From positions 170,887 to 234,886 of IMG/VR virus record IMGVR_UViG_3300025536_000010: a DNA stretch of 64,000 bases; one strand, written 5' to 3'. Below, in pieces: positions 18,635 to 27,159 of this stretch; positions within the stretch are counted from its first letter, which is position 1; the number at the start of each line of letters is the position of its first letter. The notes beneath the pieces are model-generated. The model was given only the letters and a program-made list of their open reading frames with translations. It was not told where the DNA came from and did not search any database. Position numbers and translations under genes: made by a program.

Positions 18635-19738
18635 ATGGCACACGACACCCTCTGGCTCTCCGACGCGCACCTGCGCAACCGGAGAGGCGACGAGCAGTTC
18701 GCCCTGCGGCAGTGCATCACGGCCGCGAAGAAACATAAAGTCAAGCAGGTCATCGCCACGGGTGACCTGACCGACCGGCAGACCAACCGTTCTTTGCCCA
18801 TCTCCTTCTGGATGAAGCAGATTGACCGGCTCGAAGAAGCCGGTATCGCTTTCTGGTTCCTCCAGGGCAATCACGACGAAGACGAGCCGCCCTGGCTCTC
18901 GGCGCACCGGCACGCCAAGCACCTGCACAACCGCAGCGTTCAGGTCGGCCCCTACACTGGCTTCGGCCTCGACTTCCAGCCTTTCGGCAAACTGCAAGAG
19001 GTGCTGCCCGAGTTGCCGGCGGAGGCCAACCTGCTCATCTGCCACCAGGCGTGGAGCGAGTGGATGCACTTCGATGACGTCCCCCAGGGGGATTTCGCGC
19101 AGGTGCCGGGACACTTCTCGCACGTTTTCTCCGGGGACTACCACCGCAAGAAGGTGGATAAGTGCAAAAATGCAGACGGCGACAAGATGATCTGCGCCTC
19201 CGTGGGGGCGACCTGCGCTCAGAAGATCGACGAACCCCACGAGCACTACTACTGCCTGATCGGCGACGATGGCCAGCTGCGTTTCGAGAAGCTGCACAGC
19301 CGCGTCTATATCGAGTGGCCAGTCATGAACCGACCGGACGACCTGGATCAGTTCATGGAGGAGTACGACTCGGAACTGGCCAGGGCGGAGCAGCATGCTG
19401 CCGCCAACGACTACCCGGAGACGCTGGTCCGTCCCTACCTGCGCGTCACCTACAGCCACAAGCTGAACGACGCCGTCGCCCGTGTCACGAAGGCAGTTGG
19501 GGAGCGAGCAATCCTTTACTGGAAAGAGATCCCGCCCGAGGACAAGCAGCCGACCAAAAACAAGCCTGCCAAGGTCGGTAAGGAAGAAGCGGTCACACCT
19601 CTGAGCGTACTCGCCCAGGAGGTCGACAAGGAGAAGGAGCCCGAGGTTTTTGAACTCTGCACCCGGCTGCTCCAGGCCCCTGCGACCTTCAAAGAGGAGT
19701 TTGCCCGCTGGAAGGCCGAACGACTGCTGGAGGGGTGA
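18635..19738 (+). CDS. sbcD: SbcD/Mre11-like metallophosphoesterase nuclease
   Basis: SDAH, GDLTD, GNHD, CHQ, GDYH motifs; upstream of sbcC. Confidence 0.88.
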   Translation: MAHDTLWLSDAHLRNRRGDEQFALRQCITAAKKHKVKQVIATGDLTDRQTNRSLPISFWMKQIDRLEEAGIAFWFLQGNHDEDEPPWLSAHRHAKHLHNRSVQVGPYTGFGLDFQPFGKLQEVLPELPAEANLLICHQAWSEWMHFDDVPQGDFAQVPGHFSHVFSGDYHRKKVDKCKNADGDKMICASVGATCAQKIDEPHEHYYCLIGDDGQLRFEKLHSRVYIEWPVMNRPDDLDQFMEEYDSELARAEQHAAANDYPETLVRPYLRVTYSHKLNDAVARVTKAVGERAILYWKEIPPEDKQPTKNKPAKVGKEEAVTPLSVLAQEVDKEKEPEVFELCTRLLQAPATFKEEFARWKAERLLEG

Positions 19739-20085
19739 TGTTCGCTTGCAAGATCCTGAAATCGGCGACCATAACGGTTGAGGACGCTCACGCCGATTTT
19801 CGCGTTATCGCAAAACGATTTATCTCGCTGCCATTCCCAGCGTACGAGGGGCTTACCCTGGATTTTCAGAAGCCAGGACAGGACGAGCCGATGCTTCTCG
19901 TTACCTGCGAACACGTCTGGTGGTTCGTCGCCATGAGTCGGTTCGACATCGAAGACAATAGCGGGGAGTCGGTGGTGTTCGACACCACAGAGCAGGCTGA
20001 CGCCTGGTTCGCCGCGAACGGCTGGACCGACGTTAGCTGGAGCAAACTTGAACCGAGGACGCGCCTTGCACCACCTCCTAGTTAA
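19735..20085 (+). CDS. Hypothetical protein
   Basis: GTGA overlap with sbcD. Confidence 0.55.
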   Translation: MMFACKILKSATITVEDAHADFRVIAKRFISLPFPAYEGLTLDFQKPGQDEPMLLVTCEHVWWFVAMSRFDIEDNSGESVVFDTTEQADAWFAANGWTDVSWSKLEPRTRLAPPPS

Positions 20086-20104
20086 GAAGCAGGGCGGTCT
20101 AACC

Positions 20105-20404
20105 GTGGAGCGCAAGTTCAGCGAGTTCCACCAGACCGTCCACGTCTGCGTGCCGCGCCGCGGATTCGGTGGGCCGAGCAGCCCAGGCACGAGCATCTTC
20201 GTCACGGTCAACCGTGACAAGGACTTTTTGCGGCGGCGCGACACGGAGAACCCCAAATGGGGGAAGGCAACCGTCAATTGGTGCGCCTGCGGCAACACCG
20301 ACCGGAAGACGGCGTTCCTGATGACACGCGCACTCAACCTCGCCATCTTCATCGCGCAGGCGATGGACAACGGCGAGTTCGACAAGGAGAAGCTCAATGG
20401 CTAA
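20105..20404 (+). CDS. Hypothetical protein
   Basis: Packing; start uncertain. Confidence 0.55.
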   Translation: MERKFSEFHQTVHVCVPRRGFGGPSSPGTSIFVTVNRDKDFLRRRDTENPKWGKATVNWCACGNTDRKTAFLMTRALNLAIFIAQAMDNGEFDKEKLNG

Positions 20405-20957
20405 GAACAAGTTTTTGGTTGAACGTATCGAGCACCTCGAAGCGGTCGCGGAGGAGAATGAGGTGCTGCGCGGGCAACTCCAGGAGTTGGCCGAGAACTT
20501 GAACGTCGGCGCGGAGAAGGTCGAAGCGCTGGAGGAGGCGACCCGGTCGCTCAAGATGCGCTTGGATGACCTGACCGAGCAGCACGAGGAACTGGTGCTG
20601 TCTATTCACGGCAACGCCAAGAAAGAAAAGCCGTATACATGGGAGGACGAAGACGAAGACCCTGGCGAGAATCGGACCTATCTCGACGAGGATGAGGACG
20701 AAGACTCGGACGAAATCGCTGACGAAGACTCGGACGAGGATGAGCCCGAGCACTACATTATCGTGAACCCATGCAAGCCCGGCACCAAGGGCTTCACCAC
20801 TTACTTCCAGGGTCTTCGGCTGGGTGAGGAGCGCTGGACTCGCAATATGGACTCGGCCAAGCGCTACTACGACGAGGCGGAAGCGGAGGCGCAGAGGAAG
20901 CGCCTTCTCAAGAAGAACGGCAAGAGGCTCGAACTCCAGCCCGGCTACGGAGACTGA
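20397..20957 (+). CDS. Coiled-coil/acidic hypothetical protein
   Basis: AAGGAG RBS. Confidence 0.65.
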   Translation: MAKNKFLVERIEHLEAVAEENEVLRGQLQELAENLNVGAEKVEALEEATRSLKMRLDDLTEQHEELVLSIHGNAKKEKPYTWEDEDEDPGENRTYLDEDEDEDSDEIADEDSDEDEPEHYIIVNPCKPGTKGFTTYFQGLRLGEERWTRNMDSAKRYYDEAEAEAQRKRLLKKNGKRLELQPGYGD

Positions 20958-20960
20958 CCC

Positions 20961-23108
20961 ATGCACTTCCGCAAGCTACACTTCAAGAACGCCTGCCGGT
21001 TCGAGGACTTTCAGGTGGACCTCAAGAAGGGGTCCGTGGGGGTCTTCGGCAAGAACGGCATCGGTAAGAGCACCCTGCTCAACTTCATGTACGCCATACC
21101 CACAAATGACTTCTCGCGCTTCGAGGGGGTCAAGACGGACTGCATCCGCTACGGCGCACCGGAGAAGGCGGAGAGCTTTCTCTACGGCGAGATCGAGCAC
21201 AACGATCACCTGCTGTGCATCAAGCGGAACTTCAAGCCCACCAAGAACAACCCTGGCACGGTGCTGGTGGTCGACGGCGGTAAGGAGATCACTGACGCCA
21301 ACAAGGCCGAGGAAGAGATCGGCAAGATCCTGGGCGTCGACAAGAAGATGCTCGGGCTCTACGCTTTCAAGACCCAGGACCGCATCTACGACTTCCTGAC
21401 GACCACGCCGACCGAGCGAGCCAAGGCATTTGCCGTCCTGTGCCGCACGGAGGTCTGCGAGGAGATGTGGGACTTCCTGGGCGAGTTCCTCAACAAGGAC
21501 AGCGAGATCAACGCCGTTATCGTCGACAACTCCGACGAACTGCTGGCCGAGATCGCGGCGCTCAAGGGCCAGATCGAGGAACTGGATGCCTCGATCAAGC
21601 AGGAAGAGGAGCGGCTGCTCAACTCCAAAAGCGAGGCATCGGCCCGGGACATCCTCAAGAAGCAGGACCGTAAGGAGGATCTGCTCGGGCAGCAGGAGCG
21701 CTTGCAAGCCAGTCTGGAAGAAAGCCAGGTAACGCTGGCCGAGAAGCAGGAGCGCCTGGCTAAGAGCGAGCGTGTGCGCAAGAAGCGCGCCGAGGACGTC
21801 GAAAGTCTTTGCGTAGCCGCGGACGACGCCAAAGCCGCGCTCAAGGCGTGGGACGCCTACAAGAAGTACCGTGCGCGCCGTAAGGCCCTCAACGTGGAAG
21901 CCGAGGCCCTGGACCGCGAGGAGGAGGAGAATAAGCCGCCGGTGCAGCCGAAGGACTACGGCAAGCACGATCTGGACGCACTGCGCAAACAGGTGGTCGA
22001 TATGGAGTCTGCTTTGGACAGGGCCAAAGCCGTTGTCGCCAAGTTCCAAAGCCAAAAGATCGTGGCTTGCCCGACTTGTAACACGCCGGTCACGGATCTG
22101 GCAGATCACCTGAACGAACAGCGCAAGATCGTCCTGGAGTACCCCAAGGAGGTCGAGCGTCTGGATACCATCGTTGAAACGATGACGGTCTACGACAACA
22201 AGGTTCGCAAGTACGAGAAGTGGTCGGCCGGGTTCGAGGCACGGCGCAAAGCCAACCAGGATGCCCGGGCTGCCCTCAAGGGCATCAATACGCCGGACGG
22301 CGACGAGGCTGATCTCAACAAGGTCATCGAACAGTACCAGGAAGCTGTCCAAGCGCTCACGGAGATTGTTGGCAAGGTCGAGAACACACGCCGCGCCGTG
22401 ACGACTGCGGAGGCTGCGCAGGAGGCTACGCAGAAACGATTGGCCGAGGTGGCCGAAGGCGTCGTGGAGAACACGGTCGACGCGGCCAAGGTGGAGCGGG
22501 CCAGGGAGCGCTTGGAGGAGCATATCGCGTCGGGTAAGAACATCGCACGCATCCAGGGCGAGTGGAAGGGCGTGCAGGCGCAGATCGAAAGCAAGGAGGA
22601 AGACCTGCGCAAGCTGCGCAACCGTCTCAAGCGCAGCAAGAAGGTACGGGCTGTGGCCCGGGTGGCCGAGCGGGTGCGGGACGTCTTGCACCGCGACCGG
22701 CTGCCGCGGCGCGTGGCTGCTACCAACCTGTCACGCATGGAGGGTGACATCAACGAGGGCCTGGGTTACTTCGGCGATCCGTTCTGGGTGGAGTCCGACG
22801 AGAGCCTCCAGTTCACGGCGCACAAACCGGGTGAACCGCCACAACCGGCTCTACGGTTGTCGACCGGGCAGAAGGTCGTGTTGGCGATGGCGTTCTGGCC
22901 TGCGGTGGGCTCGCTCTGGCAGCAGGATCTCGGTATGCTGGCCTTGGATGAGCCGACTGCCAATCTGGACGAGGAGAACCGGAAATTCCTCAGTCAGGCC
23001 CTGGGCGCCATGTCGGCCAAATGCCGCGGGCGGCGGCAACTCATTCTCGTGACGCACGACCCAAACCTGGCGAACTCCTTCGACCAGGTTATCAAACTGG
23101 AGACGTAG
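20961..23108 (+). CDS. sbcC: SbcC/Rad50-like SMC ATPase
   Basis: GKNGIGKST, Q-loop, coiled coil with CPTC zinc hook, LSTGQ signature, LALDEPTANLD, VTH. Confidence 0.92.
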   Translation: MHFRKLHFKNACRFEDFQVDLKKGSVGVFGKNGIGKSTLLNFMYAIPTNDFSRFEGVKTDCIRYGAPEKAESFLYGEIEHNDHLLCIKRNFKPTKNNPGTVLVVDGGKEITDANKAEEEIGKILGVDKKMLGLYAFKTQDRIYDFLTTTPTERAKAFAVLCRTEVCEEMWDFLGEFLNKDSEINAVIVDNSDELLAEIAALKGQIEELDASIKQEEERLLNSKSEASARDILKKQDRKEDLLGQQERLQASLEESQVTLAEKQERLAKSERVRKKRAEDVESLCVAADDAKAALKAWDAYKKYRARRKALNVEAEALDREEEENKPPVQPKDYGKHDLDALRKQVVDMESALDRAKAVVAKFQSQKIVACPTCNTPVTDLADHLNEQRKIVLEYPKEVERLDTIVETMTVYDNKVRKYEKWSAGFEARRKANQDARAALKGINTPDGDEADLNKVIEQYQEAVQALTEIVGKVENTRRAVTTAEAAQEATQKRLAEVAEGVVENTVDAAKVERARERLEEHIASGKNIARIQGEWKGVQAQIESKEEDLRKLRNRLKRSKKVRAVARVAERVRDVLHRDRLPRRVAATNLSRMEGDINEGLGYFGDPFWVESDESLQFTAHKPGEPPQPALRLSTGQKVVLAMAFWPAVGSLWQQDLGMLALDEPTANLDEENRKFLSQALGAMSAKCRGRRQLILVTHDPNLANSFDQVIKLET

Positions 23109-23110
23109 CC

Positions 23111-24088
23111 ATGTCCACCGCCGCGCTCGACTGCGTGAACATCTTGCGTCTGCACACAGACGACGAGGGCGTGGTGTGGTTCGGCGACGATTACCAGTTG
23201 GCTATCAACAGTGAAACCAGAGCGTCAGACTTTTTCGAGTCTGACGCTCTGGGTATCGAACTCAAACACGTCCGTAAGGTGCGGCTGCTAGGCACACGGG
23301 CTAACGCCCCGCTTATCGTCCGCCTGGCGCAGACACGCTGTCGTGACCACAACGTCCAGATTCAACTCGGCTCGCCGGCTTTGGTGCCAACCAGGGCAGC
23401 ACGCGGCGACCCAACTACTGTGTTGCAGTATCTGTGGCAGCCCAGCTACAGCAGCACCTGCCCCGGCATGTGGCACGCTTTCGCTGAACACGACTTCCCT
23501 GGCTACTTGATGCTCAGCGAGTTGCGGGAGAAGCAAGCTGCTTGCCTTGGGGTCGGCAGCTTCCAGGAAGTGCCCGACGTCGTGAAACGCACCGCTCGCT
23601 ACCACCCAGCCTGGCCAGCAGTCACGTTCGTCCCTTGGCTGGATCACAACTGGGCCTGTCGGCTGCTTTGCGAGATTATCGACCCTCGTTGGTTCATCCA
23701 CCCGCAACGACCAGACCGGCCGTCCAGACTGTTCAATCATCTGGGCCTCACGCCGCGGAACATGGGCGCGTTTCTCCAGCAGGGCTTCCCGGACCCGCAC
23801 TACTACCAGGCTACCACAGCACTGCGCTGCTGGTACAATCGAGGCATGCCTCAGAGCCGTAGTGGTCCGGGGAGTTTCCTCTGGCGTGCCTACCTGTCGA
23901 CCGACAACCAGGTCAAAGGTCTGCTGCGCGGTACGCAGCAACTGGTGCGGCTGATCCAGTCGGTGTGGTTGCAAACAGTCGTCCGACCGCACCCTGAATT
24001 CCGGTTTCAACCAATCAAGTTTTTCAAAGATCCAGCCGAAGCGGAGGCGTTCGAGCAGCACCGAGCGTCTTGTAAACCAGTGGAATGA
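23111..24088 (+). CDS. IS110-transposase/Nop-domain-like protein, apparently catalytically inactive
   Basis: HPAWPAVTFVPWL...ACRLLCEIIDPRWF...SRLFNHLGLTP matches the IS110 C-terminal pattern LL.EI.D..RF...L..Y.GL.P; the N-terminal RuvC-like part lacks the DEDD residues. Confidence 0.6.
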   Translation: MSTAALDCVNILRLHTDDEGVVWFGDDYQLAINSETRASDFFESDALGIELKHVRKVRLLGTRANAPLIVRLAQTRCRDHNVQIQLGSPALVPTRAARGDPTTVLQYLWQPSYSSTCPGMWHAFAEHDFPGYLMLSELREKQAACLGVGSFQEVPDVVKRTARYHPAWPAVTFVPWLDHNWACRLLCEIIDPRWFIHPQRPDRPSRLFNHLGLTPRNMGAFLQQGFPDPHYYQATTALRCWYNRGMPQSRSGPGSFLWRAYLSTDNQVKGLLRGTQQLVRLIQSVWLQTVVRPHPEFRFQPIKFFKDPAEAEAFEQHRASCKPVE

Positions 24089-24100
24089 GCGGTTGCCCTG

Positions 24101-24109
24101 TGGTAAAAT
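24101..24109 (+). promoter_or_regulatory. Extended -10 promoter element upstream of the RAMP-like gene
   Basis: TGGTAAAAT (TGnTAnAAT) ending 38 nt before ATG 24148. Confidence 0.5.
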
Positions 24110-24147
24110 ATACCCACGTCAACCGTCGCACAGAGGGAAGGGAAGCC

Positions 24148-24672
24148 ATGCGGGAACTAACCGTACGGATACGGTTTCGGGAACACTGTATTGGTAACGC
24201 CAAGGAGGCCAACGGGGGCTACCGGCTACTGCTGCCGCGGAACCCGTTTGGGCGTATCGTTTTTCCGGCCAGTTGGCACCGATCCAATCTCAGGTTCGCC
24301 GCGCAACTGCTTGGGCGACACCAGGACGAGGCCCAGAAGATCCTCTGGGACGTAGAGGTTGACGGCTACGTCCGCAAAGGCGGCTGGTTCAAACGGCAGT
24401 ACCAAACCAACGACGGTAGGCCGCGCCATGCCCTGCACGAGGCGTTTTTGCCGGGGCAGGTGGTCGGTATCAACTGCGTGGTGCCGGCGACCATCCCCGA
24501 CGACGATTTCATCAGCCTGATGAACATCGCGGGGCGTTACAAGGGTTTGAGCCCGCACGGCCCTGGTCAGTTTGGCTTTTTCGAGGTCGAGAGCGTCCGA
24601 CCGCGCCGGGCGGCGCAGCCGGGCGAAGGAGAGCAGCATGACGAAGGGGTGAAACAATGGAAGCACGTCTAG
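24148..24672 (+). CDS. Stand-alone RAMP-superfamily (Cas7/Csm3-like) protein, 174 aa
   Basis: LTVRIRFREHCIG (first strand plus Gly), GRIVFPASWHRSNLRFAA (P.S..R..LR helix), HEAFLPG, LMNIAGRYKGLSPHGPGQFGFFEV (Gly-rich loop plus last strand). Confidence 0.65.
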   Translation: MRELTVRIRFREHCIGNAKEANGGYRLLLPRNPFGRIVFPASWHRSNLRFAAQLLGRHQDEAQKILWDVEVDGYVRKGGWFKRQYQTNDGRPRHALHEAFLPGQVVGINCVVPATIPDDDFISLMNIAGRYKGLSPHGPGQFGFFEVESVRPRRAAQPGEGEQHDEGVKQWKHV

Positions 24673-24795
24673 CTGCCAACTAGACGTGCCTCCATAGCGG
24701 TGACGGCTTGTTCCGGTGTGCTGGTGGAACCATAAGCCTGTTCTAACTATACCCCGCCGCCACCCCAGTTTCAACTCTATTCCAGTTTTTGGAGT
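24663..24795 (+). ncRNA. Candidate structured RNA between the RAMP and helicase genes
   Basis: Perfect 10-bp stem GCACGTCTAG/CTAGACGTGC (24663-24689); second bulged stem ATAG..ACGGCTT-GTTCC/GGAAC..AAGCC.GT..CTAT (about 24694-24750). Confidence 0.35.
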
Positions 24796-24804
24796 GGCGA
24801 AGCT

Positions 24805-26373
24805 ATGCGCAAGAAGATCACCGTCCTGCGGACGGATGACAAGATCGTCGTCGAACCGACCACGCGCCGCGTACGAGCGCTGATCGAGCAAGACCTCACC
24901 TACATCGAAAAGAGCTTCTTTCACGGCTACGAGCGCAAGAAGCGGCTCAAACACGGCCTGCCGCCTTTCGAGGAAATCGAGTGGCAGTGTTACGGTGAGG
25001 ATCACAAGGGCAGGCTCTCCACGTCCTGGGGCTTCTGCGAGCGCATCGTGGACCTGCTGGAGAAGGACGGCTACCCGGTCGAGGTGCGCTGGGCTACCAA
25101 GGGCAACCAGGAGGAGGCTGCGCAGCGCGCCGAGACGGTCTACAAGCCTCGCTGGGACCGCATCGAGCAGCTGGAAGCGGATGGCTTCAAGTTCCGCTAC
25201 AAACAGCGGAAGGCCCTCAATCTAATAGCCACTTTTGAGAACGGCCGCATCTCGTGCCCCCCTGCCTGGGGCAAGGGCACCCTTATCATGCTGGCCAGTG
25301 TCCTCTTCCCCAAGGCCAAGATTGCCGTGGTCACCGACCGCGTCGACGTTCTCCAGACCCGGCTCTATCCCGAACTGGCCATGAATCTACCCTCGGTAGG
25401 TATCGTGGGTGGGGGCATGCGCCGCAAGGGTCGGCGAGTCATGTGCTACACCGCAGACAGCCTGCACCACTGCCCGAACGACGTGGACTTTGTGTTCGTG
25501 GACGAGGGCCACGAGGCGTGTGCCGACAAGTTCGCGGAGTCGATGGGCAAGTTCAGTAAAGCCAGGATCTGGATGTTCTCGGCAACCTGGGATATGCGCC
25601 TGGACAACAAGGACATCCGTGCCGAGGCGATGGCTGGCAAGATCCGCCTGCACGTCCCGTACCAGAAGGCCGTCGAACACGGCATGGTCGTCCCAGTCGA
25701 GGTCATCTGGGACGACGTCATCATGGACGAAAACCCGTGCTCGGGTCTGGACGGCGTGGACAAGGATCGGGCTGGCATCTGGGCCAACGACTATCGCAAC
25801 AAGCTGATCGCCAAGAACAGCGGCCTGTACGGCCCGGAGGTCCAGGAACTTATCACCTGCAAGACGCTCGAACACGCTCTGCACCTCAAAAAGATTTTGC
25901 CGGGTCACGTCCTGGTCTACTCAGGACAGCAACTCAAGGACCGGGACATCCGCTGGTTTCGTGACTGCGGCCTCATCGACGACACCTGGCGGCCGATGAC
26001 GATGGAGAAGCGTAAGCGGCTGACCAAACGCTTCGAGCGCGGTAAGCTCAAGAAGGCCATCGCCACCACGGTTTGGAACGTGGGTGTGAACTTCAAGCAG
26101 CTGGCCGTCGTCAACCGGGCGGACGCGGGCGGTTCGCCGATCAACGACACACAGATCCCTGGACGCGGCGCGCGTATCGACGACGTCTCGGGTAAGAAGA
26201 AGCTCTGTGCCATCATCCACGATTACAAGGACCAGTTCGACACAGGCACGCGGATGAAAGCCGAGCGCCGAGGAAAGTCTTATGACGCCAACGAGTGGCG
26301 TCAGCATCACCCAAAGAAGGAGAAGCGGTCGCTGTTGCGGCAGCTGATGGAATGGGGGAACCCACTCAAATGA
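24805..26373 (+). CDS. Superfamily 2 (DExH) helicase
   Basis: CPPAWGKGT, VDEGH, SAT, IATTVWNVGVN, QIPGRGAR. Confidence 0.9.
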   Translation: MRKKITVLRTDDKIVVEPTTRRVRALIEQDLTYIEKSFFHGYERKKRLKHGLPPFEEIEWQCYGEDHKGRLSTSWGFCERIVDLLEKDGYPVEVRWATKGNQEEAAQRAETVYKPRWDRIEQLEADGFKFRYKQRKALNLIATFENGRISCPPAWGKGTLIMLASVLFPKAKIAVVTDRVDVLQTRLYPELAMNLPSVGIVGGGMRRKGRRVMCYTADSLHHCPNDVDFVFVDEGHEACADKFAESMGKFSKARIWMFSATWDMRLDNKDIRAEAMAGKIRLHVPYQKAVEHGMVVPVEVIWDDVIMDENPCSGLDGVDKDRAGIWANDYRNKLIAKNSGLYGPEVQELITCKTLEHALHLKKILPGHVLVYSGQQLKDRDIRWFRDCGLIDDTWRPMTMEKRKRLTKRFERGKLKKAIATTVWNVGVNFKQLAVVNRADAGGSPINDTQIPGRGARIDDVSGKKKLCAIIHDYKDQFDTGTRMKAERRGKSYDANEWRQHHPKKEKRSLLRQLMEWGNPLK

Positions 26374-27134
26374 AGCGCAAACCCAAGAGTGCCTCGTCTA
26401 CCCCAACGGCCTCGGCGCGCAAGCGCGCTGAGGTGCAGCCAGAAGAATGGCGCGAGTTGACAGACGAAGCCAAAGCTGTCCGCGCCGCTTATAAGTCTGA
26501 GCGGACGCGCTGGGAGTCGTTCAAGGCCGGTGAGCCTGTGGACTACTCGGTGCCACGCCGGTACAACGGCACGCCGCCGCTCAAGGTCGACGGCGAGTTG
26601 GAGATCGAAAAGGGCGCGGTGAACGTCTGGCAGCGGCTGGCGAACTTTTTCCTCGAAGAGGAGATCGACGCTGCCTCCTACATCACCGTGTTGTTCGACG
26701 GTTTAATGGGCAAACTGAAAAAGGTGGACAAACGCGCACCGGAGCCGCCGCAGTTGTTGGCCAAGGAGTATCAAGAGATCTGGCATCAGAACAAGGACGC
26801 CGTCATCGAACGTATTCGCGTGTCGCTGTTGATCGAGAAGAACCGGGCCGAGCAGCGGTTCTCCTCGCTGCGCTTCGGTGGGCGTGCCGCCAAGGACGCT
26901 TGGGCGAGTGTCCTCACGGACTCGTCTATGGAGTTGTCCCCTTTGTTCCGGTACTGTATCGCTTCGCGTATTGGTGGTAACAGGTTCGGACGTATCGCGG
27001 CTCACTACGAGTCGCGTGCTGTCATGCAGTTCGAGCGTTACCGCCCGTTCTACAGAAAGCAGTGGAAGGCCCTACTGCCGAAGGGTTTTGCCAAGCGGTC
27101 GCGGGTGCTGTACCCGCAACTCGTCATGCGGTGA
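26370..27134 (+). CDS. Hypothetical protein in the replication cluster
   Basis: ATGA-coupled to the helicase. Confidence 0.7.
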   Translation: MKRKPKSASSTPTASARKRAEVQPEEWRELTDEAKAVRAAYKSERTRWESFKAGEPVDYSVPRRYNGTPPLKVDGELEIEKGAVNVWQRLANFFLEEEIDAASYITVLFDGLMGKLKKVDKRAPEPPQLLAKEYQEIWHQNKDAVIERIRVSLLIEKNRAEQRFSSLRFGGRAAKDAWASVLTDSSMELSPLFRYCIASRIGGNRFGRIAAHYESRAVMQFERYRPFYRKQWKALLPKGFAKRSRVLYPQLVMR

Positions 27135-27159
27135 TCGGCCCAAATTGAAAGGGTGTGCT

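Noticed and set aside
24699-24730. Short-period GGY-like pattern (ggtga c ggctt gttcc ggtgt gctgg) as a periodic guide repeat
   Set aside because: Only a few imperfect units with broken phase; better explained as part of a hairpin.
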